Shown piece by piece: positions 1-9,931 of a stretch of 64,000 nt of DNA. How positions within the stretch are numbered: position 1 is the stretch's first letter; every line of letters starts with the position of its first letter. Under the pieces are notes generated by a model. That model was not told the origin of the DNA, made no database searches, and saw nothing but the letters and a program-made list of their open reading frames with translations. This stretch comes from Candidatus Bathyarchaeota archaeon (GTDB lineage: Archaea; Thermoproteota; Bathyarchaeia; TCS64). The stretch lies in the NCBI GenBank assembly GCA_026014815.1, contig JAOZHP010000110.1:1047-65046 (forward strand), written 5' to 3'. The translations under genes were made by a program, and so were the position numbers.

Positions 1-213
1 AGACTCGACGTTCTGATCAGGCTCAACCACCACGACGATCCGCTTCTCAACGTCCCTACCAGGTTCAAAGGGAACCACCCTTAACGACCGATCTCTCTGT
101 ATCTCTAGATACACACGGTCTCCTTTCGTCAGACTGTTCACTCTCAACCAGTCTTTAGGCAGAGTTATGACAAGGGAGGCGCTTCCAAGAGCCACAATTT
201 TCCGGGTCTCCAT
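1..213 (-). CDS. AbrB/SpoVT-family swapped-hairpin DNA-binding protein, N-terminal part only (gene runs off the window start)
   Basis: Minus-strand ATG at 211-213 with an open frame to position 1. Translated N-terminus METRKIVALGSASLVITLPKDWLRVNSLTKGDRVYLEIQ resembles the AbrB/MazE motif. Absent from the ORF track because truncated. Confidence 0.45.
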   Translation of the reverse strand, partial: METRKIVALGSASLVITLPKDWLRVNSLTKGDRVYLEIQRDRSLRVVPFEPGRDVEKRIVVVVEPDQNVES

Positions 214-435
214 AGGTCCTCAGTATGGAAACAGAGTCATATGTTTATATATATTCGTGAAAAGTCTCTTTTTGAGCCCTTGATATTAACGCGTATATAC
301 GTTGTACGGTCGTGTGATGGGGTGAAGTACACATAAAAAAGTGATAAAACACTGAGACGCTAATTGCTTTGGATCTGATTCAAACTCGCATTCGTGAATC
401 TTTTAACCTAATAGAATAACGTTGATGTGATCTAA

Positions 436-1938
436 ATGATTCTTGGCGAATACCTCACCGTCCGTGAGATGATAACCGTCGAACATAATTCCGCGCACCT
501 CGGTGTCTCCACCATGATCATGATGGAGAACGCAGGAAGATCCATCGCAGATGAGATAAGCAAACGGTTCAAGCCAGGAAGCACAGTAACAGTTGTATGT
601 GGAATATCTGGAAACGGGGGAGACGGCTGCGTAGCTGCGCGTCATCTAGCGAACCGAGGATACATTGTGGAGGTTATCATTCTAGGTGATCCTAAGAACA
701 TAACTCTCGAGAACACCAGAGCCAACTACACAGCTGTCCACAACATGAAGAACAGTGTCAAGGTCAAGATACTGAAAGACACATCACTCATCCAGCCCAT
801 AGAGGCTGACGTAATAATTGACGCTCTTATTGGGACAAGCATGAAAGGTTCTCTGTTGCCTCCCTTTCTACAGATGGTGGAAGCCATCAACAACTCAGAC
901 GCTTTCAGGATATCGGTAGATGTGCCTACTGGAGTAGAGTCAGACACAGGCATCGCCCACGGGGAATACGTCAAAGCTGACCTCACGGTGACTTTCCATA
1001 AACCCAAGCAAGGATACAAACAACACCCAGACATAGGTGGAAAGCTAGTGGTAGCCAAGATAGGCATCCCACTTGAAGCCGAGATCTACACTGGGCCCGG
1101 TGACGTCTGGGCATCTCAGCCCAAAAGAGAGGAAACAGCGCATAAAGGAATGTATGGGAGCCTGCTGGTGGTGGGTGGAAGCGAGACTTACAGCGGTGCT
1201 CCTGCACTAGCCGCGATGGCGGCCTATGCCACAGGCTTGGATCTAGTATATGTAGCTGTGCCAGAGTCAGCAGCAGGCGCTGTGATGGGGTTCAGCCCGA
1301 GCCTAATAACTGTGAAACTCAAAGGAGAGAGACTAACCTCAAGCAACTTAGAGCAGCTGAAGCCCTTCCTTGATAAGGTGGACGCGGTTGCAGTTGGCCC
1401 AGGCTTAGGCGTCTACGATGATTCCGTCAAGGCGTTCCATCAACTATACCACATGGTTCAAGAGAAAGGGTTGCCGATGGTGATCGACGCTGACGGATTG
1501 AAGGCATATGCCAAAACAATGGCAGAGGTCAGATCACCGACAGTGTTTACCCCCCATACCAGAGAGTTCAAGCTACTCACCGGAACTGAAGCCAACGGCC
1601 GCTTCACCGAGAAAGGGGTTATTGTTGAAGCCGAAGCTAGAAACATTGGAGCAATCATATTACTGAAGGGGAGCGTAGATGTGTTAAGCGACGGAAAGAA
1701 AACACGTTACAACTGGACTGGAAACCCAGGGATGACGGTGGGAGGCACAGGCGATGTCCTCACGGGGCTTGTTGGAGGCTTCCTTGCGTTAGGCTCCTCT
1801 CCGATGGGTGCCGCTGCAGCGGCTGCTTACCTCAACGGCGCAGCCGGTAACGTGGTTAAGGAACGAAAAGGATACCATATTCTCCCAGAGGACTTGATCC
1901 AGGAGATACCCTACATCATTGAGAACTGTCTAGATTAA
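436..1938 (+). CDS. nnr: Bifunctional NAD(P)H-hydrate repair enzyme (YjeF-N epimerase plus ADP-dependent dehydratase)
   Basis: 500-aa ORF. N-terminal YjeF-N motif GISGNGGDG and a C-terminal carbohydrate-kinase-like dehydratase domain ending GTGDVLTG. Confidence 0.85.
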   Translation: MILGEYLTVREMITVEHNSAHLGVSTMIMMENAGRSIADEISKRFKPGSTVTVVCGISGNGGDGCVAARHLANRGYIVEVIILGDPKNITLENTRANYTAVHNMKNSVKVKILKDTSLIQPIEADVIIDALIGTSMKGSLLPPFLQMVEAINNSDAFRISVDVPTGVESDTGIAHGEYVKADLTVTFHKPKQGYKQHPDIGGKLVVAKIGIPLEAEIYTGPGDVWASQPKREETAHKGMYGSLLVVGGSETYSGAPALAAMAAYATGLDLVYVAVPESAAGAVMGFSPSLITVKLKGERLTSSNLEQLKPFLDKVDAVAVGPGLGVYDDSVKAFHQLYHMVQEKGLPMVIDADGLKAYAKTMAEVRSPTVFTPHTREFKLLTGTEANGRFTEKGVIVEAEARNIGAIILLKGSVDVLSDGKKTRYNWTGNPGMTVGGTGDVLTGLVGGFLALGSSPMGAAAAAAYLNGAAGNVVKERKGYHILPEDLIQEIPYIIENCLD

Positions 1939-2801
1939 GGCATCAAGAGCTGGATGTTCACGTCCAGCATAGCGCTTATCTTGTCCATTGGAATACGCAG
2001 GTCCTCGTGAGGCGCATACCTGTTTAGGTTAAGCAGCATATCCACGTAGGGTCGCTGCCTGACACCAGGATAATCTGTTCCAAAGATCATCTTATCCATT
2101 ACCCCAAGGTTCAGAGCCACCAGCAGGTCACGCCAAAGCATGTAAAGGAAGCTCGGATGATTCACGTCACCGTAAGGCCAACTGATGTCACACCAAACGT
2201 TCCTGTGCTTCCGAGTCACGTATAGCGTCTCCTCGACTCGGGGGTAACCGAGGTGAGCCAACACTATTTTTAGGTCTGGGAAGCTCTCGGCTACTACATC
2301 TATCTGCGCTGGGTCCGTGTGCTTCATCAAGTCATAGGCGGTAGGCATCCCCGCGTGATGAAACATTATGGGCATCCCGATCCCCGCTGCTGCCTCATAG
2401 ACCTTGAAGGCATGAGTGTCATCTGGGGAATACCCGTCACTGCATGGGTAAAGCTTCAAGCCGTGAAGACCCAGGTCATGACGCTGCTTCAAAACAACAT
2501 CAGCGGCTCCATGCCTCGTAGGGTTCACATAACCGAACCCTATGAAATGCTCTGGGTCCGCCTTAACGAACTCTGAAACCTGTTCAGGGCTCGTCCTGGG
2601 GTCACTGAGAACAATGGCCTTGTCGATGCCAGCCTCCTGAAGATCAGCGAGGAACTCTTCCCTCGTCACTCCAATGACCGTGGGGTTCGCTGGGTCGCTG
2701 TACTCAGTGATGCTGATGTGGCAGTGATAGTCTACCTTAGGGAGGTTCGTCTCCCTGAAGGACTCTTTTTTTTCTATCTGTGTTGTACCTAGGCTTGACA
2801 A
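1935..2801 (-). CDS. Amidohydrolase-2 family (TIM-barrel metal-dependent hydrolase)
   Basis: 288-aa ORF with His-rich metal-ligand pattern (HCHIS, HHAG, FGTDYPGV). Confidence 0.6.
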   Translation of the reverse strand: MSSLGTTQIEKKESFRETNLPKVDYHCHISITEYSDPANPTVIGVTREEFLADLQEAGIDKAIVLSDPRTSPEQVSEFVKADPEHFIGFGYVNPTRHGAADVVLKQRHDLGLHGLKLYPCSDGYSPDDTHAFKVYEAAAGIGMPIMFHHAGMPTAYDLMKHTDPAQIDVVAESFPDLKIVLAHLGYPRVEETLYVTRKHRNVWCDISWPYGDVNHPSFLYMLWRDLLVALNLGVMDKMIFGTDYPGVRQRPYVDMLLNLNRYAPHEDLRIPMDKISAMLDVNIQLLMP

Positions 2802-2846
2802 ATCAATCCAGAATAACGTGGATGCAGATAATTATATGATTATAGC

Positions 2847-3566
2847 TTACCGTCGAGCCGGTAATAGATCATGAGCGTACTTTCTCCCAGTCTTGCTGAT
2901 GAACGCCTCGGCGTAATCCACTCCAGCCTCCCTTCCAAGCTGCCTGAACCGATGAATATATCGGGTTACAACCTCCTCCAAGTAGCCCTCCTGTCTCTCA
3001 GGTGGCTCCCCCCAGCGCTGCCACTGGCTCACATGCTGCCTGAAGCTCTCCACCTTCACATCCATGTAATCCGAGACGTCAACATAGACATCAGGCTTTG
3101 CATCAGACATGGTGGACCCGAAGAAATAGACCTCGGGCTCTGGTCTATGAGCAGGATGAGCTGTCACATGAAGAGGAAGACTTGCCTTCATGGATGCATC
3201 TGATGCGGCGAGACCGACACGTCTATGGTCGTCTCTCCAGACCAAGGGGTGGAAGGTGATTACGATATCTGGTTTAAGCTCACGGATCACATCCACGAGG
3301 GCTTCCCTGAGCGTGTCGCCATCCGGGACAGACGCATCCTCATAGTCAAGGAACCTTACGTCAGCGCCCAGTATCTCAGCGGCTTTACTCATCTCCATGG
3401 TCCTTATCTCTTTGAGGTCTTCCGATGGTATCTCCCAGTGTCCTCTACCTCCTCTCGTTGCATGCACGATAGTAGCCTTGTGTCCTCTATCGACGTATTT
3501 CGCTATGGTACCGCTGGCGAAAGCCTCGTCGTCAGGGTGAGCCCCTATAAACACGAGATGCATCAC
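2847..3566 (-). CDS. PIG-L/LmbE family N-acetylglucosaminyl deacetylase
   Basis: N-terminal VFIGAHPDDEAFASG motif typical of the LmbE/PIG-L family. Overlaps the downstream GH4 gene by 4 nt. Confidence 0.75.
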   Translation of the reverse strand: MMHLVFIGAHPDDEAFASGTIAKYVDRGHKATIVHATRGGRGHWEIPSEDLKEIRTMEMSKAAEILGADVRFLDYEDASVPDGDTLREALVDVIRELKPDIVITFHPLVWRDDHRRVGLAASDASMKASLPLHVTAHPAHRPEPEVYFFGSTMSDAKPDVYVDVSDYMDVKVESFRQHVSQWQRWGEPPERQEGYLEEVVTRYIHRFRQLGREAGVDYAEAFISKTGRKYAHDLLPARR

Positions 3567-4846
3567 TCGGTCACCCCGAACTGGGGGAGCAGGTCCTTGT
3601 GCGCCTCCATAAGCTCGTTGAACGCCTTTTCCGCGGCCACTGTGTCGTGGACAACAGGGTCCGCGAGCATCGCCTGCACTGCAAGCCTCTTGTCGCCACT
3701 GACCCCTGCTTCAACAGCAAGACTCTGAATAAGTATCTGAATGTTGCATAGAGCTGCTAGACCTTGGGGCATATCACCCACGTGAATAGGTCGGACACCC
3801 CCCTTGTTTATGATGGCGGGCGTCTCGACTATCGCGTCGTTGATGAGGTTACTCACCTGCCCCTCGTTGGGAAGATTTACCTGGAGTTCCATATGGTTGC
3901 TGTTGGTGATGATGCCCGAGATTATGTGCATGGCTCGCTCCCCTGAGAGCTTTCCCTTGATATCCAGAGGCTCCTTGCCTTCAATGAAACGATTTATTTT
4001 CTCCCAGTTCCTGTTTCCATGCTCATCCATCCGGTCTATCCAGTTGAAGCCCCTGTCTTCTGGTGGACACACATCCCACGCATAAGCCAGATACTCGCCG
4101 AGGTGATTATCATCAGTTGAAGGGTAAAGACCGAACTTATCGTACATGGCCCTGCAGAGAGGCTGGAAGCCTTTTGCCTCTGCCATAGCATCTCTGAGTA
4201 ACGGGTACGCGTCAGAGCCATCCTTCAATGTGAGCTCCTTGTACCAGCTGAAATGGTTGATGCCACAGCTCACGGCGTCTATCAACGCAGTTGGCACCCC
4301 CATACGTGGGGCAAGTCGTTGGAGCTGATGCTCCACCTCATGACATAGTCCAACCACCTTCACGTCGGTGTACCGAGTTATCGCTAGACACAGCCTCGGC
4401 ACAGGGTTCGTGTAGTTGAGCAGTAACGCGTCGGGGCACTGTTCCTCCATATCCAAGGCGATATCAAGTACGGGTGGAATGTTCCTCAGAGTATGGAAGA
4501 GACCACCTGGACCCCCATTCTCGCCTATCACTTGCTTGATGCCGTGCTTGAAAGGTATCTCCCAGTCCATGCGCCACCGGTTCATCCGGTCAACCGCGAT
4601 GCTCATGAGGACAAAGTCCGCATCCTCCAGTGCCTCAGCTCTATCGATGGTTTGCTGTATCTCAAGTCCCGCGCCAGCTTTCTCGCTCATCTTCTCGGCG
4701 AGCCCAGTCATGGAGTCCAGCCGAGACTCATCGATATCATGTAAAACAAGGTTAGCGCCGTGAAGAGCCTCGATGTTAACGGCGTCAAGGACCGAGTTGT
4801 ATCCGAAAACGCTGCTCCCAGCCCCGATTAGAACGATACGTACCAT
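3563..4846 (-). CDS. Glycoside hydrolase family 4 (NAD-dependent alpha-glucosidase or 6-phospho-glycosidase)
   Basis: 427 aa. N-terminal Rossmann motif IVLIGAGSSVFG and a GH4-like core with conserved Cys/His. Confidence 0.75.
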   Translation of the reverse strand: MVRIVLIGAGSSVFGYNSVLDAVNIEALHGANLVLHDIDESRLDSMTGLAEKMSEKAGAGLEIQQTIDRAEALEDADFVLMSIAVDRMNRWRMDWEIPFKHGIKQVIGENGGPGGLFHTLRNIPPVLDIALDMEEQCPDALLLNYTNPVPRLCLAITRYTDVKVVGLCHEVEHQLQRLAPRMGVPTALIDAVSCGINHFSWYKELTLKDGSDAYPLLRDAMAEAKGFQPLCRAMYDKFGLYPSTDDNHLGEYLAYAWDVCPPEDRGFNWIDRMDEHGNRNWEKINRFIEGKEPLDIKGKLSGERAMHIISGIITNSNHMELQVNLPNEGQVSNLINDAIVETPAIINKGGVRPIHVGDMPQGLAALCNIQILIQSLAVEAGVSGDKRLAVQAMLADPVVHDTVAAEKAFNELMEAHKDLLPQFGVTE

Positions 4847-4867
4847 ACATAGGTGTTAGCACCGGGT

Positions 4868-5527
4868 TTAATTCAATATTGATGTAGCAATCATGTAAAG
4901 TCCGGCAGCCACAAGGATCAAGGCGTTAATCTTCTTTATGTGAGGCAGCAGGTTCATGACGCGTGTATGCATCTGCTCCTTGCTATAAGTTAACGCCAAG
5001 GTGAGGGGCACCATCAACGTGGCTGCCCCTAACCCATAAGCCGTAAACATGAGGAGCATATCCAAAGGTCCTCCCGCGGTAGCTGTCTGGAGCACAAGTA
5101 ACACAAATATGGGGAAGCTGCACGTCAGCGAAGCAGCGCCGTACCCCAACCCGTAGAGGTAAAAGTTTTTTACCCCTAGGCCCTGAGGAGCCTTCGTTGG
5201 TATGGATGGTATCCTGTACATGATGCTGCTGAACCCCGTCACGAGTCCTATGATAATCAGGAAGCCACCTATGAGTGGAGTGATATAGACAAGTCGCTCT
5301 GCTACGATGTTGATGGCGAAGCTTGGTAGAAGTCCAATGACGAGGAAGACAGTGAGGAAACCGAGAACTGTAGTGAAAGCGAATACCAGTGATCTCTTCA
5401 GGTCCAAGTCCGTCTCCTCGACATTCATATAGTAAGCCACATAGGAAGGAAGCATGGGCAACGCGCATGGCGCCAAGATAGCTAAGAAACCCGCGGAGAA
5501 AGTGAGACTCAGGCTTCCAAGGTCCAT
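4868..5527 (-). CDS. ccdA: CcdA/DsbD-family thiol-disulfide transporter (cytochrome c biogenesis transmembrane protein)
   Basis: Polytopic membrane protein with a conserved Cys in the first helix (LAPCALPMLP). Confidence 0.65.
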   Translation of the reverse strand: MDLGSLSLTFSAGFLAILAPCALPMLPSYVAYYMNVEETDLDLKRSLVFAFTTVLGFLTVFLVIGLLPSFAINIVAERLVYITPLIGGFLIIIGLVTGFSSIMYRIPSIPTKAPQGLGVKNFYLYGLGYGAASLTCSFPIFVLLVLQTATAGGPLDMLLMFTAYGLGAATLMVPLTLALTYSKEQMHTRVMNLLPHIKKINALILVAAGLYMIATSILN

Positions 5528-5531
5528 AGTA

Positions 5532-6041
5532 TCACCCGAACTGCTGGAAGACGGTCTCGAATTGACTTAGCGGCGTATAGAATCCCCTGTAACGAATGAT
5601 GCCTTCTTTGTCCACTATAACGATCACTGGGATGGCGTTGACCTTGTACTCTAGAGCTGACTCTGGGCTGTGCCCGAAGCTCCAAGTTATTCCCTCTTCG
5701 TCAGCGAAATCCATGAGCGATGTCATGTTGTATCTTGGATCGACGTTCACCGTAATTATCTCCACATCTGAGTATTGATTCACGAGTTGAAGTACCTTTA
5801 TCTGATCCTTGCACGGTGGACACCAAGGAGCCATAAAGTCAAGGACGATGAACTTGTCGTCAATCGTAGTGGTGTCGATAATACCCCCAAAAACTGATTG
5901 AATCTCAAGATCTGTAATTTTGTCGCCAACACTTGTGCCAACCTTGATTAGGTTATTTTGTTGCTCGAAGTAGAGATAAGCCGCTAATACCAGAATAATG
6001 GCGACAGCAGGTACAACGTACCTTTTTGGGAGATTCTCCAT
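5532..6041 (-). CDS. Thioredoxin-like TlpA/ResA-family thiol-disulfide oxidoreductase, membrane anchored
   Basis: N-terminal TM helix and a WCPPC active-site motif. Adjacent to ccdA. Confidence 0.7.
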   Translation of the reverse strand: MENLPKRYVVPAVAIILVLAAYLYFEQQNNLIKVGTSVGDKITDLEIQSVFGGIIDTTTIDDKFIVLDFMAPWCPPCKDQIKVLQLVNQYSDVEIITVNVDPRYNMTSLMDFADEEGITWSFGHSPESALEYKVNAIPVIVIVDKEGIIRYRGFYTPLSQFETVFQQFG

Positions 6042-6205
6042 AACGTTCAGATTCGCGGTACGACTGTTAAAAAAGATGTTGATAGTTGCCTACCAATTGT
6101 GAACACCATATGAAATCGCGTATTCCCTTAATCTGGATAACAAGATAGTATAACACCTCTTGGAGTTTAACATTAAAATTAGAGAGGAAATATGAATTTA
6201 AGGAG

Positions 6206-7036
6206 CTATCTTCTTTCAGCAGCACCCGCTAGATAGATGGCTGCACGCATCGCGTTAATGGCTGTTTTGTAGTCATTGAAATTTCCTTTCATGTTTCTAC
6301 CATCAATTCGCTCGAAGCTGGGCATAAGTGATGCTAAATCACACATTGTGGATGTGTTGAATAGCAACTTGACTTCGACTGGCTCATTTACAACTCTTGG
6401 TTCTGGAAGCGGTTTAGTTAGAGCTTCCTTCACCTTTGCTGTGATAAGTTTAGTGGACTCGTTAGGGTGAAGACATTTCGCGGAGTACCTGCCAACCGCC
6501 CATTTCACAGCGGCCGTAGTTATTCCGGGCACAAATGCGTTTGCTTCAACAGTTGCAGCATAGTCCCCTGCCAAGAACACGGAGGGAACACCATGTACTC
6601 CAGCTGTTCCGCTGTTTAGTCCGAACTCACCGGTCTCCCTGCTGTTGATCCAGATGCCGTCGATCGCTCTGCCACTGATTGTATGACACATGATGCCGTT
6701 AGATGTTCCCTTCATGCTATGGTAACCAACGTACATGGCTGCGTCGAAGGTGTCGTCGATTCCCTCCATCATGGCCCCAGGCTTGGGACTGCCCCTGACA
6801 AGATGAGCTGCCTCATGGACCTCCTCGGGGCGAAGGTTCCTCATGCCACCGTGGGCATCGCTTACAACGATCTCTTTAACTCCAGCATCCAAGGCTCCCT
6901 TGATAGCAGCGTTAAGGTCTCCTGCCATGAGCTTCCGGGCGAAGACGTACTCGCTGTTATTGCGGTCCACTTCGCTCCAGTCAACTATGCCTGAGATGCC
7001 TTCCATGTCGATGGATATGAAAACTCGTTTTACCAT
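6206..7036 (-). CDS. dppA: D-aminopeptidase DppA-like (peptidase M55)
   Basis: 276 aa. N-terminus MVKRVFISIDMEGISG is characteristic of M55/DppA. Confidence 0.7.
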   Translation of the reverse strand: MVKRVFISIDMEGISGIVDWSEVDRNNSEYVFARKLMAGDLNAAIKGALDAGVKEIVVSDAHGGMRNLRPEEVHEAAHLVRGSPKPGAMMEGIDDTFDAAMYVGYHSMKGTSNGIMCHTISGRAIDGIWINSRETGEFGLNSGTAGVHGVPSVFLAGDYAATVEANAFVPGITTAAVKWAVGRYSAKCLHPNESTKLITAKVKEALTKPLPEPRVVNEPVEVKLLFNTSTMCDLASLMPSFERIDGRNMKGNFNDYKTAINAMRAAIYLAGAAERR

Positions 7037-7067
7037 ACATCACAGTACATAACAGAGATATTTGACT

Positions 7068-7328
7068 TCACTGAAAGTCTCGTTTATACAGCTCCCAAGC
7101 TATCACACTGAAAATGAACACAAGGAGAAGGATGATGAAGCCAGTGACAAACCCGATAATCACTCCAAAACTCACAACATCACCAATGTATCCTAGAGAG
7201 GACTGAGTGAGTGGCAGAATAAGTATATAATCAATGTTAGAAAGTAAAGTTAAGCGGTGGGCGCTCCGACCCATCCGGAAACCCTGACACCCGCCACGCC
7301 TCCAAGCCAGGCCGGATACGAGGGCCAA
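7068..7328 (-). CDS. Hypothetical small protein with a C-terminal TM helix. The 5' third overlaps an anomalous GC-rich segment.
   Basis: ORF track only. Composition of the N-terminal part is atypical. Confidence 0.2.
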   Translation of the reverse strand: MALVSGLAWRRGGCQGFRMGRSAHRLTLLSNIDYILILPLTQSSLGYIGDVVSFGVIIGFVTGFIILLLVFIFSVIAWELYKRDFQ

Positions 7329-7420
7329 CGAGACGGGGGTGAGCCGACGCCGCCGTTCCTTTTCAAATTATCAATGACATACATATAGCACAATTCTCAC
7401 ATGGCGTGAGAGTTTCCAGA

Positions 7421-7585
7421 CTACTTATCATAGGTCTCGGGCATCTTGAATAGGATTGGTTCACCGCACCATAGGCACAGCATTGTCTTGGGTACAAGGT
7501 GTTCACATTTCTTACAGATGGTAAGAGCGCCATCGTCCTCAACGGTTGTTTCAACAGGCATCTCTAGCATTAACTTTTGGGCCAT
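7421..7585 (-). CDS. Small zinc-ribbon protein (about 54 aa, CxxC...CxxC)
   Basis: Hand translation of the minus strand gives MAQKLMLEMPVETTVEDDGALTICKKCEHLVPKTMLCLWCGEPILFKMPETYDK. Below the ORF-track length cutoff. Confidence 0.35.
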   Translation of the reverse strand: MAQKLMLEMPVETTVEDDGALTICKKCEHLVPKTMLCLWCGEPILFKMPETYDK

Positions 7586-7714
7586 GTTTATCGTGCTCGA
7601 ATCATCGTTTCGCCTTTTAAGTAAAACGGATCAGTATTCAGGAGAGAGATCAGTAAAAGTGACCACTGATCCATATGTCAGCATTCTTATAAATACAGGA
7701 AACTTGACTCCCTC

Positions 7715-8530
7715 ATGAACCCAAAGCTCATCCATGACCCAAAGCGACGCAGGATGAGGGTAGCCTGCTTCGTAAGCGGATCAGGAAGCAACGCCCGAAG
7801 GATAATCGAGAGAAGCCGTCAACCTGATAGCCTGTATGACGTGGTTCTAATGTTCACCGATGTGCGTGATAGTAGGAAGAAGAAAAACGGTGAGAAGCGT
7901 TGCAAAGCCAAGGACATCGCAGACGAGCATGGGATAGGATACGAGTGCGAGGACATACGGGACTTTTACAAGGAGAAAGGGGTACCCCGGAAGGACCTCT
8001 CAGTGAGACCGGAGTTCGATGAAAAGGCCATAAAAAAGATCAATCCTTACGACGTGGACCTCATCTGTAATGCAGGGTACATGACGATCATGACGCCGCC
8101 CATTCTCGACGCTTACTCGGGCAGGATAATCAACGTACACCCAGCTGATCTAAGCATAATGGATGGCCCTGAACGGAAATACGTGGGTATCCACGTGGTA
8201 GAGGAGGCAATCCTCGCCGGTGAAACAGAGATAAGAGCCACAACCCACATCGTCCGAAAGAAGGTTGACCATGGCGAGATACTTGTCATAAGCGAATCAG
8301 TCCCAGTACAGCTACCAGAGGGAGTAACCGTCGAAGCACTCAGCGAGGAAAAAAAATTGCTTAAACAAATAGTTAATGACCATCAGAGCAAGCTCAAGGA
8401 GCGCGGTGACTGGGCGATCTACCCTTTGACAGTGCAACTCATCGCAGAGGGCAAGTTCAGCCTAGCAAATGATCAAATCTATTTTGATGGAGAACCTGCG
8501 CCCAATGGGGTAAGGCTACCTCGTGATTGA
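7715..8530 (+). CDS. Formyltransferase-family protein (PurN-like phosphoribosylglycinamide formyltransferase)
   Basis: VACFVSGSGSN, NAGYM and HPADLS motifs of the formyl-transferase fold. True start is probably the internal Met near 7754. Confidence 0.6.
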   Translation: MNPKLIHDPKRRRMRVACFVSGSGSNARRIIERSRQPDSLYDVVLMFTDVRDSRKKKNGEKRCKAKDIADEHGIGYECEDIRDFYKEKGVPRKDLSVRPEFDEKAIKKINPYDVDLICNAGYMTIMTPPILDAYSGRIINVHPADLSIMDGPERKYVGIHVVEEAILAGETEIRATTHIVRKKVDHGEILVISESVPVQLPEGVTVEALSEEKKLLKQIVNDHQSKLKERGDWAIYPLTVQLIAEGKFSLANDQIYFDGEPAPNGVRLPRD

Positions 8531-8968
8531 GGCCACCACAGCCCCAGTAACCTTGATGACTTCATCTGACCTTAGCTCAAGGAGCCTGTCAGTGGAGCCT
8601 CCACCACAATAGAAAGTCTCCATCTCCGCAAGCTCCGTGTCAATAACGGTTCTGACTTTTTCCTTGAGACCGATGCTTGGAGTGCCTCCCGGCGGATAAC
8701 CACTCACGGTATGTGCCTGACTGAAAGGCATTAACTGGATATTCTTCACACCAAGAGCCTTAGAAGCCTTCTTAAGATCAACTCGGGCGTCTCCCGGAAC
8801 AACCAGCAGGACATATTCGCCTGTGTTAGCGGTGGATACAAGGTTCTTGGTGATGCTGTGGAGTGGGATACCGGTGGCTTCAGAGGCATCAGCGGTGTGC
8901 ACGGTATCCATCTTATCAACGAATCTATGCCAAACGCCTAGCTCCATGAGCTTGTTCTCTAGATTCAT
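8516..8968 (-). CDS. YbaK/ProX-type aminoacyl-tRNA deacylase domain protein
   Basis: 150 aa with the YbaK-like pattern (glycine-rich GGGST region). Confidence 0.55.
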   Translation of the reverse strand: MNLENKLMELGVWHRFVDKMDTVHTADASEATGIPLHSITKNLVSTANTGEYVLLVVPGDARVDLKKASKALGVKNIQLMPFSQAHTVSGYPPGGTPSIGLKEKVRTVIDTELAEMETFYCGGGSTDRLLELRSDEVIKVTGAVVASITR

Positions 8969-8969
8969 C

Positions 8970-9902
8970 TTAGTCGTCCCTGAGGATTGGGCAGGTCATG
9001 CAGTGAGGTCCACCGCCGCCGATCGCCAGCTGACTGCCTGGAATGCTTATGACATCGAAACCTCTGTCTTCTAGCAGCGGGATGATACGTTCATTCCACT
9101 CGTAGCTGACGCATTTGCCGTCGCCGAGGCCCACGATGTTGCTGCCGAAGACCCTGATCTCTGTGTCGTTGCAGTAGATGAGCTCGACATCCTTCTCTTT
9201 TAGATAGTCCTCTAGCCACATGAGCTCGACGCCGTCCTCGTTATAGATGTAGGCCGGGAACAGCTTCAGGGCTGTCGGATAGAAAAGCGCTAAATCGGGG
9301 GACATCATCATCAACGCTCCGTCAAGGTGAACCCTCCAGCTTGGAAGAGGCTGTGCAACAAACTCCTTGACACAATATCCAAGAAGAGTGTCCCTCATCT
9401 GGAATACGCCGTGCTCGTTACTTCGTGTTCCGTATCCCATCATAGGTGTATCCTTGTTGCACCAGACAAAGTCACCTCCCTCGACTATACCCGGTGGGGT
9501 CACCTTGTTGGCGATGGGTATGTTAAGCTTGTTAAACGCCTTCTCTATAATCGTCGGTTCCACGAACCGCGTGGGATAAGCCATCCTGAGTATGCTGGCG
9601 CCCGCCTTGGTTACCATCCCTACATCCCTTGTATATACTAGGTTAGGCAGTGTCTCAGCGATCTGTGTATGTCTATCGTCCAGAAGATCGGTGAGCATCA
9701 CTATATCGATGCCGTCGCCCTTCAGAGCGTCTGTTAGGAAATCATGTTCCTCTTGGAAGGCTTTCCAGTAGACAGGGGCGCGGAAAAGGTAGTCGTTCTT
9801 GTTGCCCGCGGTTACTGCACGCATTCCCTCGTTAGGGCGATGCATCAATACCTTGCGGAGTTTACCGTACTCTGTTTGAGCGCCATAACTCATCTGATTC
9901 AC
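8970..9902 (-). CDS. Amidinotransferase-superfamily enzyme (arginine deiminase or DDAH-like)
   Basis: N-terminal EYGKLRKVLMHRP and C-terminal GGGGPHCMTCPILR, the catalytic Cys motif of the guanidino-modifying superfamily. Confidence 0.6.
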   Translation of the reverse strand: MNQMSYGAQTEYGKLRKVLMHRPNEGMRAVTAGNKNDYLFRAPVYWKAFQEEHDFLTDALKGDGIDIVMLTDLLDDRHTQIAETLPNLVYTRDVGMVTKAGASILRMAYPTRFVEPTIIEKAFNKLNIPIANKVTPPGIVEGGDFVWCNKDTPMMGYGTRSNEHGVFQMRDTLLGYCVKEFVAQPLPSWRVHLDGALMMMSPDLALFYPTALKLFPAYIYNEDGVELMWLEDYLKEKDVELIYCNDTEIRVFGSNIVGLGDGKCVSYEWNERIIPLLEDRGFDVISIPGSQLAIGGGGPHCMTCPILRDD

Positions 9903-9931
9903 AGAGATAGGGGCGATGTCTCATCAGAATA

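Noticed and set aside
7255-7345. tRNA or SRP RNA assignment for the GC-rich segment
   Set aside because: No T-loop consensus and no closable acceptor stem on either strand. The helix-8-like similarity is too weak, so it is reported only as an unexplained structured segment.
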